Source of the DNA: Raillietiella orientalis
Taxonomy: Eukaryota
DNA: 64,000 nt
Assembly (NCBI GenBank): GCA_036172245.1
Contig: JAYWIR010000007.1
Location: forward strand, 2,852,001 to 2,916,000
Reading direction: 5' to 3'
Shown one piece after another: positions 48,401 to 61,862 of this stretch. The position numbers and the translations under genes are program-made. The notes beneath the pieces were generated by a model. That model was not told the DNA's origin. It worked only from the letters and a program-made list of their open reading frames with translations, and searched no databases. How positions within the stretch are numbered: position 1 is the first letter of the stretch; each line of letters opens with the position of its first letter.

Positions 48401-49959
48401 CGAGCGGTGAAATTCCGGCTGAGACCCCGGGTACCAGGCGGAAAACCTTCCTTTTGCTCTTAACGTTGCGAATCGCACGATCCTCGTTCCTGACCTATTT
48501 CGTGACCGAGAACAGCTCCGGTTGTAATGGAGCAATGCCTAACGGGTGCATTGCAAACTTCAGAGCGGAGATCCGATTTGATTGGCCTTTTATCCCTTGA
48601 TGAGATCCCTCTTGGATTCGATTTGCAGGTTGGAAACCTGTGTCCCTCCATTGTGGAATTTGATTCGTCCGGCAGTGAGAAATGCTACTTCTCTGCAGAT
48701 GTGGTTGCTACAGCTGCCACATGTTAACAATCCTGTTATTCCTAATTACAGCAACATGCGACTTGAAGTTCTATACATTCGGGTATATTTCATACGATGC
48801 TGCCATGCACATCTTATCTTCGCGGCTCTTTTAATGAAAGGATTTCTACGGGAATCCACGACAGTTTCTTTCTCAATTTCCTAAGATCTTTGCAAGTCAG
48901 CACCAGTTGATGTCCCACCGCGAAGAAGGATTCACCAGAAACATTTGGAACTTTGAAGACGATTACGTCACCTACCTTCCCGGGTGTCACCTCTAACTGC
49001 TCTTTGGATGACGGCTGCTTGCTGATCCAAGTGAGTCTACCCTCTAAGGAGTCCCCACAGCTGGTTCCACAGAAGCAAAGAAAGTGACCTGCATCTAAAG
49101 TACGGTACCGAATTTCAATACGCACGAGCGACTGCGAAGGAACCCTACTTCATGTGGATGATTGCACCAAGAGGAAAGGATCCTTGTAGAAGCACATTCG
49201 GATATTTACTGCTGGAGTCTCCAGCACCTCCCAACAAAGCTTGAAAATTTCGGTTTCTTCGGCTGTCTCCCATCATCCACTACCCTCAGGTGATGTGAAA
49301 CCTGTTGGTCAATTCGTGCTCTTCCATGCATTTCCCAATCATGCTGCTGTCCACAGCCTGCCTAGGATGCCATTCTCAGTCTCGACCCTTGGCTTCTGCT
49401 TCCTAAGATGGAATTCAGCAATTGCTTTGATTGTTTCTCGCAATCGGTAAGTGGCGTCTTGGGGCTGCGAGGCATGCGTTTTGGGATGGGACGTGCGTTC
49501 ATCTGACGCTGCGTCTGAGCAAGAAAGTATCGCTTTCTTTGCTTGTTTTGCCTGTCGAAGAAAACACCAGAGCTTCCATTTTTTTGCCGAATTTAGCTCC
49601 TCCTCTCCCAAAGTTCAGTTGCTTATTTACAATGGTGTTCCAACCTGATTCTGCTTCGTGAAGTACCAAAACCTCTCTTCGCGGCAAAGGATTTTACGAA
49701 TGTATGGATTTAGATTAAGGGAAAAGCTGTTCGTTTCAAAGCGAGGAGCGAGCGACGAGTCCTCAGCCAAATTTTCGTGCTTTGGCAAAACACTTTCTTT
49801 AGCATTTTGGATTGATACAAAAACTGTTGCTGGAATGGCTGTGAAGAATCTTTAGCGAATGATGTTTCCACCGGTTTTCTTCACAGTTCCTCGGTGCTCT
49901 CTTCCTGGGTGAGAGCATGGTCCAGATCATTTGGTTGGGCTGCATTTTTTTCTTTCTTA

Positions 49960-50780
49960 CATGTGTTGCATAGATGCTACTTGAGAAGAGGATGCAGATG
50001 GCTACCATCCTCTGCCGTAGCCTTATCAGCTTCTTCTTCGGAATTCCTAGGTATTGCAGAACGTTGTCGTTTTCAGGATCCCATGCTCCAAGTGGGCCGA
50101 TCAGGATCGCCTGCACTTTGGTTATTTGAGTTGCATGGCGGCATCATGGAATCTGGCCTCCTTTATTTTCCTAGATGTGGTGAACGCCTCCTTTCCGTTT
50201 TCAAATGGGCAGGAGATGTTCAGCACACGTATTCGATCGCTTTTCTCTAAAACCAGGTCTGGTTTTAGGGTGGAGGTGGGTTCCTGGCACTCTGCGATCG
50301 CTTGATACCAGAGTCCACTTGGCTTCCTCCGTTGCGGCCTTCTTGATGATTTCCAGGAGAGCATCATGGCGCTGCATGGATCGTCAGAGGCGCGTGCTTT
50401 TTACATCTGTTGAGCACGTGTGATAAAGTCTCGTGCTCTGTTCCGCAACGCCGACATGTCCTTTCATGGACCTTCTTCGTTGGTCCAGCGTTTAGTGGCA
50501 GAAGGTTCAGTCTTGCCGCATGGATGAACCTGTGGTCTTGGTATCTTAGGTGGATTCCGTTTGTATGGAAGAAGCTTGAAGACTGATGCATGTTTACACA
50601 CTGCATGGCCTTCCCTTGACTAACGTGGTTTTCAATGAGGGATTGCCATGCGTGTTCTCGCTGCAATGCTCTTACTCCGGAGGCGAACCGTCTTCTTGCA
50701 CTGCTGGTGAAGTGATACTGAGTTCTCCTTTCAGTTATCTTGCAAATTTTCGAGCTTTGGTAAAACGCTTTCACGAAAAC
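49960..50780 (-). mobile_element. 5'-truncated NeSL/Utopia/R2-like RLE non-LTR retrotransposon
   Basis: HRFIHAARLNLLPLN, CCHC knuckle CRRCGTEHETLSHVLNRC, KPDLVL, NISCPFENG, GPLGAWDPEN, IYATHV; frameshift near 50370 and in-frame stop at 50122-50124. Confidence 0.92.
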
Positions 50781-52249
50781 AATCCATGAGTTCGACCCTG
50801 AAGGATGAAAGCAATGCAGTAACTAAACGGCAAGATGGAAGGTGACGGACAGTGACAAATGGTGGTGTGCGAGTGGTAAGAAACAGCAGGTCAATGCCTA
50901 AAATGCACGTCCGACTAACAGGACGCAAACATTTCAGAAAGAGCAACCTTTGTGAATGGCTCCACTAATTAGAGAGGAAGTCCGTCGCAGAATCTGTTAG
51001 GCCACGAGATTCTGAATCTGCTACAAGACTGATTCACAGATTCATTTAAAGAGTTTCCATACATAAACCTGCTTGGCATTACATCCTGAAATTAGATTTT
51101 TTCCCCTCTGTATACACGATTGGAAATCGTCATTCCCTAAGAAGAGAAAATCAACTTTCTGCAATGTACATTCTAAGATTTACTCGGTACTTTTCGGGGC
51201 TGTTGGCGCCAGCACAGCACCAGGAGGACTTTCCATTCCTACTTAGCCGTTTGCACAACAAGCGTTCACTCAAAGCGTTGATACTGAATCTCGAAAAAAA
51301 AAAAAATTTCTATGATGATAAACAAGATGTAACCTGCCTCTTTCAACTTATGAGGTTTTGAAAGTTCTAAAGATCATGCGAAGTTATGAGTACAGGCATA
51401 TTTGTACATTCCTCGGACTTATCTCAGCATAGCTTCCTCCTTTTAGTTCTCTCAAGATTATCATCCAAGATCTTTCTTACCACGAGTGAATTACTATCAC
51501 AGAGACCTGCCGCGTGCCTTTTGTTTTTCAACAGTGTCTATTCTTCACTAGATCAAGAGATACAGTTGCAGGTGAAATGAATATCTTCTATTAAGGAAAT
51601 ATACTTCTTCGAAAAGCCTGGGATTCCTACTGGAGACTCGAAGAGGTCTTTTTTCAGGAGGAATCTAATTCATATTTTTGTTCGTAGTTTCCTTGGAACA
51701 AAGAGTCCTTATTGTTCCCTCGAGGGTGCAAATCGCCGAGAAAGTTACAGAACCACTTGCCACTCAGAGCAACCATGAAGTCTATTATCAAAACAGCAAA
51801 GACGACACTGCTCCAGTAAACACCATCCCTGAATGAATTCAACCGCTCCATGAGAATGTTGCTGGAGTTCCACTGATGCCGGCATCTTCTGCGCGCTACG
51901 TCCTTTATCAAGAATAAGACTTTACAAGCATCCCCATTTGGAACACAGGATTCTCTTTGTTTTGTAGTTTCATTTCTGGATCATTCTGAAAATTCGAATT
52001 TCAGTTTTCTCCGCGCCACTCAACTGGCAAGCTGGGGAAGGACGACCGCGTCAACGATGATAAAAAGTATCTGGTTTCATCGGTCCATTGGATGCTTTTT
52101 AAAATTCTTCTTCAGTTCTAGACTTTTTCAGTGGCAAATTTCATTTACCTTTGCAGCATCGATCTATCGAGTTTTAGTTTTCTTCCGGCATGTTTTCTCT
52201 GATTTCTCGCGTGACCCAAGGGCATGCAATGCATCCGTGCTGGAGGGAT

Positions 52250-52660
52250 ACGAGGTCTTCCCGTTAACTGTTTTGTATAGGAACATTTTCGGCTGCTCTC
52301 AACTTTACAAATGCAAAGTAGCTTCTTGCAGCCACAGACGACAACTTCCAGCTCTACTGGAGCTGTAGAAAGGGAAGTTCGTAGGCGAATTAGCACGTGA
52401 AACTTCGGTTGCCTTCATAGCAACCATATGTGCTGCGTGGCTATGCGTAGCAACATCGTTGCGTTTAGTGTTAACTTTTCATTAGCACTATCTTGAAGAA
52501 AATGCCACAGTCTCGGAGATCAGACAATTTATATTCAAGAAGAGATTTATATTGAATTCTCGATGGAAAACGATCGCTTGCTTTCCATCGAGACTTTTCT
52601 GCATTGCAATAGTAAGAGCTGTAGCGTTTGTGCTTTATAGATTTCCATAACACCTATCGA
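52250..52660 (-). mobile_element. Probable AcademX-like DNA transposon C-terminal remnant (Cys-rich CXC-like finger)
   Basis: In order: SIKHKRY (cf. NExRY), DRFPS (cf. LPPT), YGC (cf. YGW), TSLSTAPVELEVVVCGCKKLLCICK..KCS (cf. TLPPAPEELL..CGCK..C.C..KC). Confidence 0.45.
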
Positions 52661-55600
52661 GAGCAGGTTCTAATCCCTCGAAGCAGACCACTTCAGAGTT
52701 TCAAATTTAATCACAGGCAGGGGAACACTTTCATAGAATCCTAATCACTGGATTTGATGAAAGCTGAATAAGATCTGAAAGGAGAATGAAACTGAAAAAT
52801 GACTATTCAAGACTGAAATGTCACACACTTCTGATGACGTGAGGCTTTTGATTACATCGCAATGGATTCAGGAATACCCCTGAAAAAAATCAGCAGTGAG
52901 TTGGATGGTATAGAATGATCATTTTACGTCACAGTAATATATTACAAACTGTACTTGATGAAGACATTGGGAAATATGAACCGTTGCAGAATAAATGTCT
53001 CATTCAAGCATCAGTTCTGTACTGTTGCTATGCCATCACAATTCTCTTCTTGTTTTCAACACTGGGATGTGTCTTTTGTTTCGGTTACCAACCTCCTTGT
53101 GGCGATGTACGTTTATTGATTTTCTCTTCATAAAGACTCCTTGAGTGCTTTACTTCAGTGGTTGCATCTCAAAAACTTAAATGCTCAAGGAAAAATCGAT
53201 CCTGCGACTTTCTGTTTGCAAACAGCCTCTTTTCTCTTTAAAACATTCCCAGAAGGCGATCCCATGAGAACCTAGTGGACCAGTAGCCTGGAGAGAAGTC
53301 CTGCTATCCTGAAGCTACGTACCTTCTGTTTTCAGAAACTCCTCTTCCTACAGTTTCGAAAATAACCTGTCTCTTCCATCCTGGAGTGAGACATGTCTAG
53401 ATTCTCGGTCAACGGTCGCCTCGAGCAATGCAAGATGCATGCACCTGTCTTGCACCTTCTTGAATTTTCTACCCCTGTTCACTTCATTTGAAAACAGCTC
53501 TCCGTTGAAGCTTTACCTTTTCTTTTTCTTTCCATCGTCCTGACCTTTCGTCAAAGGCCTACCCGTAAACCTGAATCTTGTTCGGAATTCCGTAGCGTGC
53601 ACTTTTCTCAAAAAGCTACAAACTCACGTGTCTCCATGGCAGCCGGAAAAATTCACCTAATCAGATGATCAGATATGTCTTTTGCTGTGGACTGTGTATC
53701 GTAGCAACAATTATGCTGCTGGAGGATTGGCTAGGGACCAGTGAAAAGTCATGAAGCCTCCTCCAAGCAGACCTCTGCCGTCATTGAAGGCCAAAGTGCT
53801 TTTTCGAACTTATTGCTTCCAGAACTTCCTGAACATTGTCCTTGAACACAGTATCAACTAAAGGAAGGAAACAGACTAGTGATGCCCGAGCTACCTCTGC
53901 ACCCCTCTTTCTACAGATCTCAAGGCGCTTGTCCAGGTGGAAAACAGTCTGAGCTTTTCTGGTTGACAGCTCTTGCATCGCCACCCTATTCTTCCGGAAT
54001 CCGCACGCGCACGTGTGAGGGCTCGCAAAGACCACCCCATAACTCAGGAGTGAAGAGATAATACTCGGCGAGATGCACTTCAGGAGATGAAAGGGGAGGA
54101 CAGCTGGCACGACTTTGGTTTCCCCTCTTCATCGTCTTTCACTCTTACGTATCGGTTTCGAAGATCCTTCGGCTGCCTCCAGAGGATCGGTGCTTGCAGG
54201 CCTTCTGCCGAAACGGATCTCTAACCAAAACAAGGCAAATTTCTGTCTTGTTCGGACGCAATTGGAGGCTGCGAGTGCGCGCGCGTCCGGGAAAAGAGGA
54301 TTCGCGGTCCCGAAACTTCAAAGCAAGCCGGCGGGAGGGCTATCTTCTGCGGATTTCAGTCCCGCGCCTTTCTTATGATCCGCGCAGTCTTCCCGCGTCA
54401 CATGAAACCTCCTCGGCGCCCATTCCTTCCCTCCTCTCCTTTTTGCTTCTCTTTCCTTTCCGCGACCGCCATCGCTCTCCATAGACGCCGCACTTGAGAG
54501 TCGCTGAGAAGAGACCCTGTGCTTCGGAGATCTTTAAAAATCCAAGCACGCGTCATCCAGCACAATCCATCGATGTGCTGCAGCATGTCTTGAGAAAGAT
54601 ACACAAGGAAAATCGGGTCGAAATCCCCCAGCGCCTGAGGGTCCATCCGGTGCCTGAGCAGGAGTTGACCGGCTGCACGCACACCAGTGCCTGTAGTAGA
54701 TAGACGGCTGCTGCTTCACCTCTCCAGTCGTGCCTCTCTCTTCCCTCCTTCCTCTCTTTTTTTATCTCCTTTTTTTTCGTTGAATTCTTTGCTTGAGGGA
54801 CAAAGGATAGCGGCGAGCGACACGGTCAGTAGGAGGAAACTCATCGGAGGCTGCTCAGATGGCACGCGTGGCCAGCGCGCGCAACTGGGTCAAGCTGAAA
54901 CACGATTCCAGAGACTGTTAGTAGGCAGAGAAGGAAGGAGGGACGAAGATGAAGAAGGGGGGGTATCGGGGTAGAGTTTCAGTGGAGGTAGCTACCTCCT
55001 GACCTTTGCATGAATGGAAACGCAGCCGACACATCACGCAGTCCGTCTCCCGTGCACCAAACTTTGGATCTGTGCGAGGCTCCAGTGATCCATTTCGACG
55101 CACTCCGTGCTTTCCAAGGCTTCAAGAGAGGTAGAAGAGCGATGCAAGAAAACAGCTCTCATTTTTCCATGGCCAGTTTCCAAGGAATCCGATGGATCTG
55201 CCTTTCCGATCTTCCGGAGGAGATGAATGCCGCCCCCTCTCCCCTCAGTCATCCGAGTGACGCCGTCGCTTCAGAAAACGTCCCTTTCTTACACTCCGGG
55301 TATTCCTTGGGTCAGACCTTCATGAGCAAGCAGGTGGAAGTTCCATGCTTCACCGCATCTCTGCATCTTGGAGTAGTCGCGGAATAAACGAAAAAACTTT
55401 CATCCTGCCATGGTGAGGAAGCTTGACATTTGCATCATGGGAAACGAGAATCTTCCCGTAGAGAAGATGCAGCAAAGGAACAGCCGTCATGTCAACCAAA
55501 GTTTCTCAAGCTGAGCTCCTCCGATACGAAAATTACAAGAAAGTTTGACATTTGTAAAGAATTTCTAGGGAAGAGCAGCCTTCGTTATGCAGCCAACAGG

Positions 55601-56109
55601 AAGAAAGGCAGCAAGGACCAAACGAAAGATTCAACAAGGCCATGGACTGCGAAGGACATTATTGATTGAATGATGATTTTTCCTTTTCTTCCTTGGTATT
55701 GGGAAGGATCGGTTATACGACTACTCTGCCTACTGACCCATCGTGTGGAAAACACCCAGAGGCTGCACAGGGATGAGAGGTATCGCGATCAAACAGTATA
55801 CCTCAAAGATCGGAAATGGTGCAATCGACGGCCCGAACGTAGACCGACTCAGCATCGAGTTACTTCGCTACCACAAATCCAGTGGTAGCAGATGGTTCAA
55901 TCTCACTATGGTTTATTCGAAACCAATAGTGAAACGTCGGTTGTCCTTCAAATGCGCCTCTTAGAAAAACCATTTTGGACTTGAGGTTTCGAGTGCAAGA
56001 ACAATGCTGGAGAGAAGCGCATGACATTCTGAAAACCAAGCAGCCGAAAGACATCGGGCCAGCTTCCCAAAGCAGAAGGACAATTTTTCAAGAGTCACTG
56101 ATGCACACA

Positions 56110-57400
56110 CCAATGGGAGGCCCCGAGTCCGACTGAAGGACTTGTGTCCTCCGCACCGCAATGGAGCCCTCGGCTTTCTGACGCCGCAGTGTCTGGAGCA
56201 ATAGCTCCAGCGGAGGACGATTGCCCCAGTGGCGAAGTTTTGCAGCACAAACTGGTGCGAGCCAGCACGATACCTGGTTAAATGAGCCACTGGCTACGCG
56301 GGACCGTATTCGTTCCTGGCCCGGCGGCGCAGACACAACGTGTCCAGCAGCTGGAGCTCCTGCGAGTGGCTAAGCTGATCAGGACCAATAACTGGATCTT
56401 TTGCTGGCCCGCGAACAGTGGTGCCTGGCTACAGGAAACTGTCCGCACGTGGGCCAAGAATGACGGAGAGAGCCCGGAGATGCGACAGCGACTGCTGCAC
56501 TCCTTCTACAACAACCGCTTGCTGCAAGACGTCATCGTTCAGTCCACCACGTGTGCGTGGGTGCATAGAACCTTCCTAGCTGTGGCAATGCCTTCCTTAG
56601 GGAGCACCTGGGCAGTAACCAGCTGGCCAAATCGGAGGTCAGTTGCGAAATAGGTCTTTGGACGAAGGAATTCGGTGGTAGGAATACGAGGCAGCTCACG
56701 GACGCTGCGACCCCAAGTGCTCCAATGAAAGGACTATTATGCTGGGGTGACCTGCGAAAAATTCCACAGGTGGATCTCGAGTGGTCCCTAGCGCTGAAGA
56801 ACAACCGGACACTCCCCCTGAAGTGGCAGGAGTCGGCACTGCTGCTGTTGCACTGGGATATCCCGTGCAACGCCCACCGCTCGTACTGGACCGGGGAGGT
56901 GTGGACCCCAACTGTTACAAGTGTAGGGGACGGGAGTCCCTCCCTCACCTGCTTGTAGACTATGACGCCCTCCGGACCCTGTGATTGCGTTACGCTTCGG
57001 CCCTTGGTGAACCGACGGACAATCCCAGGGACGTGATGAAGCGCCTCTTCGTGCGTGATGCCCTTTCGCCCGCCGCATCCCGAGCAGCTCTTTGCTGTCT
57101 ACGAGGCATTGTGGCAGCCTGGAGCAATGCGAGAGGAGGACGGCGCGATAGAAACGGCATCTGTTTCACCCTGCGCTTCATGAGGACAGCAGCAAGATGG
57201 TCTTACCTGCTTCATACTCGGATGAAAACTGCCGGCATCCGGGAAAGGAAGAAGGGGAAACCCTCAGATCCCAGTGATTCCTTCCATAACCTTCTCAATT
57301 TTTTGTATAAATGTTTTTCTTTTATTTTTAATTCTGTTTGCCCCATCCTCTTTCGCTGTTGACTCGAATCTCGCCGTATGCTTATTTTTATATAATAAGC
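56110..57400 (+). mobile_element. 5'-truncated L1/Tx1-like non-LTR retrotransposon, copy 2
   Basis: GRPRVRLKDLCPPHRNGALGF (RT thumb, cf. LCLPKxxGGLG), DAATP..KGLL.W, LPLKWQ..HW, PNCYKCRGRESLPHLLVD; stops and frameshifts present. Confidence 0.8.
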
Positions 57401-58079
57401 CACATGGCGTGACCTGGTCATAAACCAATGGGTGACTTGTCGAAAGTCAAGAAAGACGCTGAGCAGCTATTCAAAAGAGGGCTGTCGCTCTAATCACCAG
57501 GACCTCCATCCAAGGAGACAGCTCTCGAAAGTTCTACAGCTCTTCTTGATCAGAAAGAACATAACAGCATTCCACAACCATCGAATCCGGCTCACCTGAC
57601 TTTTTCCTTTTCATCAGATATTGCGATGACGTTCCTCAGGCAGCTATGACACCAAGGTAAAACCGGAGCTTCCCTCAAACGAATACAACTGCAGACCGAA
57701 CAGCTGCGAACCAAACTTCTGAGATGCACACTACCCACATGCAAACTATCCTCACTTGTCACACATCCTACGAGAGACAGAAACAACTCGAATTAGAAAA
57801 AAGGCAAAACAAGAACAACCTTCCGACCAGACGGAAAGTATGCTGCCTTCATCAGAGTGACTCGTCCATGATCAAATAATCAGCAGAGCACGGCTTAGCT
57901 TTCGGATGTGGGGGGTTCTTGAGGACTAGCATTGCGAGCCATTGGTTTCCACGCTTCCGCTGTGACAACGAAGGTATTTTATTCATCCACTGTTCAGAAA
58001 CGCCGAGAAACTCCTGGAGACAGTTCTGCGTATTGCCAAGGACGACGCACACCAAGATCTTCACCGCTTTCGACTCTTT

Positions 58080-60900
58080 TCAGACACATCTCCCGGGACT
58101 AGCTAATGCAGCAACAAGGCAGCAGAATTGCTGACGGCCACCCATCCAATGCTCCCGAAGGATCAGACAGCACAGTCAAATGCTTCCGGAGACCAGTTTC
58201 TATTTCGGATGGTCGCTCTCCCTTCAGTTCCTCCGGAACCTACGCATTTAGGACACGCACAGGGAAGACACCAGCACTTCCTCTTCTCGATCTCCAATCA
58301 TCCTCCGCAATGCTCTTCTTCCTAGCTTCTTTCGCCACATCGATAATGGAGCACTGCTGGCTATCACTGAATTTTCGCTTCGTAGTGCAAACGCGTCCGT
58401 GTGCAGTCCATTCCGAACGAGGTGATTCAAAGAAGTACGGCTCCTACTGCCCCACTGTCATCATCTTCCCCGTACCGTCCGCAAACACGTCATCGCTGTT
58501 CGTCATTTCTCGAGAGCTGCACGCAATACATGAGCACAGCATTTCTTTGTTCTCATCCTCCCTCATTCGAGACCTTCTATTCTCTGAATGCATCCACGTT
58601 CATCACATTTTAAGCAACCCGCAAGCAGCGCACCCACTGATGCAAGTGCTCCTCTGCAGAAGAAGTGGAGAGTCTGCCCTCTATACTTGATCTCATTCCG
58701 CCTTGCCTCCCCTGCAGCAGTCGCCGAACTCTCGTGCTGGCACGGGCAGCCGCTGCGATCACCTTCCCTTCTCCCTGGAGCACCGCAACGACTCTATCCT
58801 TGAAGAAGGCTGATTGGAATCGATTCCCGAAAATTCCGCGTGCCTTTCTTCGCATGGCCACCGTCCGACCACGTGTTCAGTCAACTTGTTCGTCCATGCG
58901 CGAAGGGCATGCGCTATACGGACTCATTCCAATACACACACCAGAAGCACCCTTCCTGCAGCTCGCCATTCCTCGAAACTCAACGTTTCAGACGTCCAGC
59001 AACGTGAGTTTCCACCTCTTTTCCTGCTTCCCAACACTTTTGTAGATGTTTCCTTGCCGCTCGCTATCACGGAGAGCTTTCCATTTACACGACGTCTGAT
59101 GTTTCCCAACACACAGGAACAGCAGAAAGCTCCTACCGAAGACGCGAGAGGCCGTTGGACCAACTTGCTTCCTTTTCCTTCCTCCTTGGAATGAACAACG
59201 ACGTGTTCCTAAACCTCAGCAATCCCAAATATCAATCAATCAACCTCAGCAATCAATCTCAAATATCGTCGGCTGTTCCTCCGGAAACTGTCGACATCTG
59301 CGAGCAGACAAACGGACCTGCACCGTAAAAACGAATGAGCCACGACATCCGGCAGAAGCGCGTTCTCAGACCGCTGCTGCTGAAGATGGTAGAAGAGTGC
59401 TCCTCGATTCGTGGACACCAGAAAAGCAACAGACGATAACAAAAAAAAATGGCCATTGGAAAATCCCAATGGCACTAAGTGTTCAGAAACTCCTGCTCTT
59501 TGCTTGTAGGTCTCCCGATTCTGCAAAGGACACGGTATTTAGTTAGAATATCCCATCGGGAGTGGTCCGATGCAAAGCATCCACTCACAACGCTTCCTCG
59601 TCCTCCCTTTGAATATCACCATCCCCCGTGGAAATTCCAACCTCAAAGTGCTGAGCTGGTGGCTTTGTACTCATCTCCATGGACGCGTGTCAACAAGAAG
59701 CTTTCGGTTACTCGAAGAACCACGAGAACATCCTCTACGATCACCAGAAGAAAGCGCTACTGCCATACCATTCTTTGAAGACTGCGTGCAGCCTTCACCG
59801 ATGTCCATTATTCTTCCGAACTGCCCCCATTCAAGCAGAAAAGTTTCCGTTCGAACCTTTTTCGAGCATATTTTTTGGAGATACTCACACTGCGTGGAGG
59901 ATATCGAAGATTTCGATAATACCCTGGGAAAGAGACGGTCCAGATGCAGGCCAAAAAAAAATGGGAAGGCCCTCATTTCCCGAATACCACTTTGCAAAAA
60001 AGGATGCAAACGAATGCACACTTGGGAGCGCAAGACTTGCCTGCAGGTGTGGGGGTCGCGCTGACGCCGTGTTTACAAGCTTCCGACTCTCGCTCTTGGA
60101 AGAGCGTGCACGACAAAAAAGCAGCGCGAAACCGTGGAGGTTGCGGACATTTGAAGGCTTGCACTCCGAAAGGCGGACGAAACACAGATGCAACCTTTTA
60201 CCAAGGTGGTGGAATGCGAAACATTCCTTTGCTGCATTGGATTGGAGGGTCAGCGAGTCGAAAATTCCTGGCCCCGGAATCTCGTATGGAACTGGGAGCG
60301 GTCTGATTGGTGCACTGCGCCTCAGGCGAGTTGTGCTTCTTTTGCTGCCACTTGGGCCTTGCGCCCTGCTTTGAGGTTTCTGCAATACCATTTCTGCGAT
60401 CACACGGAGTCCCAACTGGAAATTACTTCCTACCTGAGTCATCGAGTGCTGAGAGCCACGCGCAAAAGACCTTTCAGGGATCGAAGAATCGCTTCTTACC
60501 TCGCTAAAATTTCAGCCCCTGCGGAACACCCCGTTGCTGCGGTCAACATTGTCTTTTGCATTACTCGGACTCGTTGAATCTTCCTGCTGCCCTTCCCCTT
60601 CTTGCTCACAAGAAACACAATCAAAGCTGCTCTTGGAAAGAATGCTTCCAACAAATTTCTTAGATCCAATTTTCGCACGTGAAATGCTGTGATCGAAAAA
60701 CTTGGGCTCATGTGAGGGTGCAGACTTCGTGGCATCTCCCTTCCCGTGACGCGAACATTACGTTTCTCACCGTGCCACGAGTACGGATTCACATTTCTCC
60801 ATTCTTTCGCGGTTACTTTGAGAGTTTCAACGCCCACATGCTGTAAACAAAGTGAAGTTACTCCCCGAGAGCGTCTAGTAAGACAAGACAACGAGATAGC
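58080..60900 (+). mobile_element. Highly decayed APE+RT non-LTR retrotransposon (I/Jockey/Nimb/Ingi group)
   Basis: Ordered motifs across frames: NKAAEL, LPETSF, YRP, SILDL, CDHLPF, LKKADWNRF, AIPR, TAWRISKISIIP, LCKKGCKRM, KHSFAALDW, HGVPTG, IASYLAKI (decayed YADD region), SFNAHM. Confidence 0.7.
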
Positions 60901-60949
60901 ACAACTGGCAAGCTGCACACTGGGAGCACCTACAATTTTCCAAACGGTT

Positions 60950-61862
60950 ATTCAAAACTCCTGGGTGCCTGGAAGACGAGCGAGTTGTCAGACGCCACCA
61001 CTCCTCCTGCTATGACGAAGGGACTCCTTCGGTGCGGGGAAGAACTTTGTGCTACCCCGATGAACTTGTGGTCCCTTCCCATTTTACTGACAGTTCACTG
61101 CTCCCCCTTGCTTGGATACAAGCCGTGTTGCTCTTCGTCCACTGGTGTTTCCAGTGTAACGAGCGATGGCATCGTGCTTCCGGGGGGCTTGCGTCCGCGA
61201 ACTGTTAGGTGCGGGGCGACGGAGTCGATCCCGCACCGAATTCTGGACTGCGGTGTCTTCCGAGGACTCTGACAGAGGCAGGCAACAGCACTCTCGCATC
61301 CGGAGGATACTGCAAGAGATTTGCTGAGGCCATTCTCCACGCCGAGCGGGCTATCGACAAGCGCAAGGATTGCAACCATCGGTTGCATCCGCGCCATAGT
61401 TTCACCCCGTCAGGCGTTCGTGATCAACGGGCAGCACGAAGAGGTCGTCGGCAAGGCAGCTTCCTACATCGAAGCAGCCGTCAGATGGCCTCATCTAAGA
61501 GAAGACGCCAAAAGGGAATTTACCGACATCCACCGCAGGTTTACGCATGGTCTGCAGCGGCGAACCCGGTGATCCTTCCCCTACCTCCCTAAATTTCTTT
61601 GTTTTAGATTTTTTTTTTTTTTTTGAGTTCCTTTATTCCCTTATTCTCGGTAGCTTTCTTGGTGCTTTTTGTCTTTATCCCGGTGAATACGGAACCTCAC
61701 CAAAGACCCGCTCCGCTTCCTTCCCGTTTCTGTTTTTGTTATCCCGTTGTTCCCCCTCGTTTCGAACTTCATGCTTTCCCGACCTGTGTGTCGGTGGTTT
61801 CCCTTTCTTCTGTTGTTGTGTTGGTTGAGGATTCTGTCCCCGACCTGTTTATGTAAATAAAC
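60950..61862 (+). mobile_element. 5'-truncated L1/Tx1-like non-LTR retrotransposon, copy 3
   Basis: GAWKTSELSDATTP..KGLLRC, RCGATESIPHRILDC, DTARDLLRPF, WPHLRE; 3' UTR stem-loop at 61779-61794 and AATAAA near 61856. Confidence 0.8.

Noticed and set aside
48330..48420. Thioredoxin/PDI motif WLIEFFAP (minus)
   Set aside because: The WCGHC active site is absent (stop and frameshift) and the flanks fit poorly.
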